NCBI GenBank assembly: GCA_045837725.1
Contig: JBEWZL010000261.1
Coordinates: 1 to 64,000, forward strand
Direction: 5' to 3'
DNA: 64,000 nt
Origin: Vermamoeba vermiformis
Taxonomy: Eukaryota
Part shown: positions 63,068 to 64,000 of the stretch, piece by piece
How the letters are laid out: each line of letters opens with the position of its first letter
Position numbering within the stretch: the first letter of the stretch is position 1
The notes under the pieces: generated by a model
Database searches by the model: none
What the model was told of the DNA's origin: nothing
What the model saw: only the letters and a program-made list of their open reading frames with translations
Made by a program: the position numbers and the translations under genes

Positions 63068-64000
63068 TTATTTTTGTTTATCGCGATGCAATATTATCAT
63101 TAATATGAATGCTACAACGCGATATCCGACGCCTAAGCCAATCATAGCAGCCATGTCTATGCCAAATCGATTGAGATTATAGTCCCACGTGTTGCTGCCC
63201 AGATCCAAGTCGTAAATATTCGCAAACGGAGCAACTTCACCAGCATAATACGCCTCGCTACTCCAAAATGCATATGATATGGCTTTGAGTTCGTAAGGGA
63301 ATAGCGTGATGAATCCACTCATAATGGCAGCGACTAACGTGGCAATAACAGCAGTCAAAGGAGCGTCTTTGCGATCAAAAATCATCGAGATCAGTGAGCC
63401 CAAGCCATAAACTGCAAAGTAGATGCCAAGACAGATCAAATACATTCGGCCTAGTGACGCCATAGGCATGCCAACCACGTACAACATGATGACGAAGTGA
63501 AGTGCAGCCAATGCAATGCGATAAAGCACGGACAAAGTGACGCCCAAGAAGTAACTCGCTCTGTTGTGTCCTGATGCTGCTTCGCGCCAGTAAATCACTC
63601 GTTCATCACCGAATGTTCGTACGCCTGCTGCTGATGCGGCGAGGCCGACAGCTACGTTCATGAACAGACCTTTCTGCGGGATAATGAACTCGAGAGATGA
63701 CGCGGAGAAAAGGACATATGGCGCTTTCAAAATGCCTCTGTACGCGCCACTGGCGGCCAATCCGATCAATATGCCAGCAATCAACGACAATCCGAGTTCG
63801 ATCAAGAGTGAGAGGTATCCAACTGCTTGTTGTTTGACTGCTCGAACATGAGCCAAATAGAGTTGCGTGAAGAAATTTGCACCACGTCTTCGTGCTACTT
63901 TCTTGATGTTGAAGTCTTTGTACGTCTCCGAAATCTCCTCTTTGTCCTTGGATTTCGATATTTTCTCTGTTGCTGATTTTTCCTCGTCGCTTGTAGACGA
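63068..64000 (-). CDS. ABC transporter G family, C-terminal membrane domain (5' part outside window)
   Basis: Motifs RGANFFTQLYLAHVR, FGDERVIYWREAASG, SYAFWSSEA and GVGYRVVAFILM. Confidence 0.88.
   Translation of the reverse strand, partial: SSTSDEEKSATEKISKSKDKEEISETYKDFNIKKVARRRGANFFTQLYLAHVRAVKQQAVGYLSLLIELGLSLIAGILIGLAASGAYRGILKAPYVLFSASSLEFIIPQKGLFMNVAVGLAASAAGVRTFGDERVIYWREAASGHNRASYFLGVTLSVLYRIALAALHFVIMLYVVGMPMASLGRMYLICLGIYFAVYGLGSLISMIFDRKDAPLTAVIATLVAAIMSGFITLFPYELKAISYAFWSSEAYYAGEVAPFANIYDLDLGSNTWDYNLNRFGIDMAAMIGLGVGYRVVAFILMIILHRDKQK

Noticed and set aside
1-64000. tRNA or rRNA genes
   Set aside because: No convincing cloverleaf, T-loop context or rRNA signature seen by eye; tRNAscan-SE or Infernal would be needed to exclude them.

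Overview
Gene-dense, intron-rich eukaryotic DNA with GT-AG introns (many ~45-70 nt, CTAAC/TTAAT-like branch points) and the standard genetic code. The gene content suggests a free-living phagotrophic protist, probably an amoebozoan (inference only). Bases ~1-3000 are non-coding and hold three repeat arrays: a hairpin-rich ~130-160 bp array with a compensatory base change, a pyrimidine-rich array, and a ~50 bp palindromic array. The palindromic array decays by CpG->TpG/CpA into a CpG-depleted zone that extends into the first gene. About 28 spliced genes follow. They include a PHT1/Pho84-type phosphate transporter, a very large bacterial-type NACHT NTPase, isoaspartyl dipeptidase IadA, cysteine synthase, Med21, LRR proteins, a RapGAP and a four-dsRBM protein with a TA-flanked, 74-bp-TIR MITE-like insertion in an intron. 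Further on are CRAL-TRIO, a papain protease, a Crinkler-like NTPase-remnant/REase gene, GT32, an atypical peptide deformylase, an HRG-like transporter, ZIP11, a SAM-PB1-PAS-PAS protein, a MAPR and a PPR-like protein. The last part holds three GH16 paralogues, PCO/ADO, an acyltransferase, a PA-domain multi-TM protein and a partial ABCG. Several single-base frameshifts may be assembly errors. Gene boundaries were inferred by eye across introns and are approximate.
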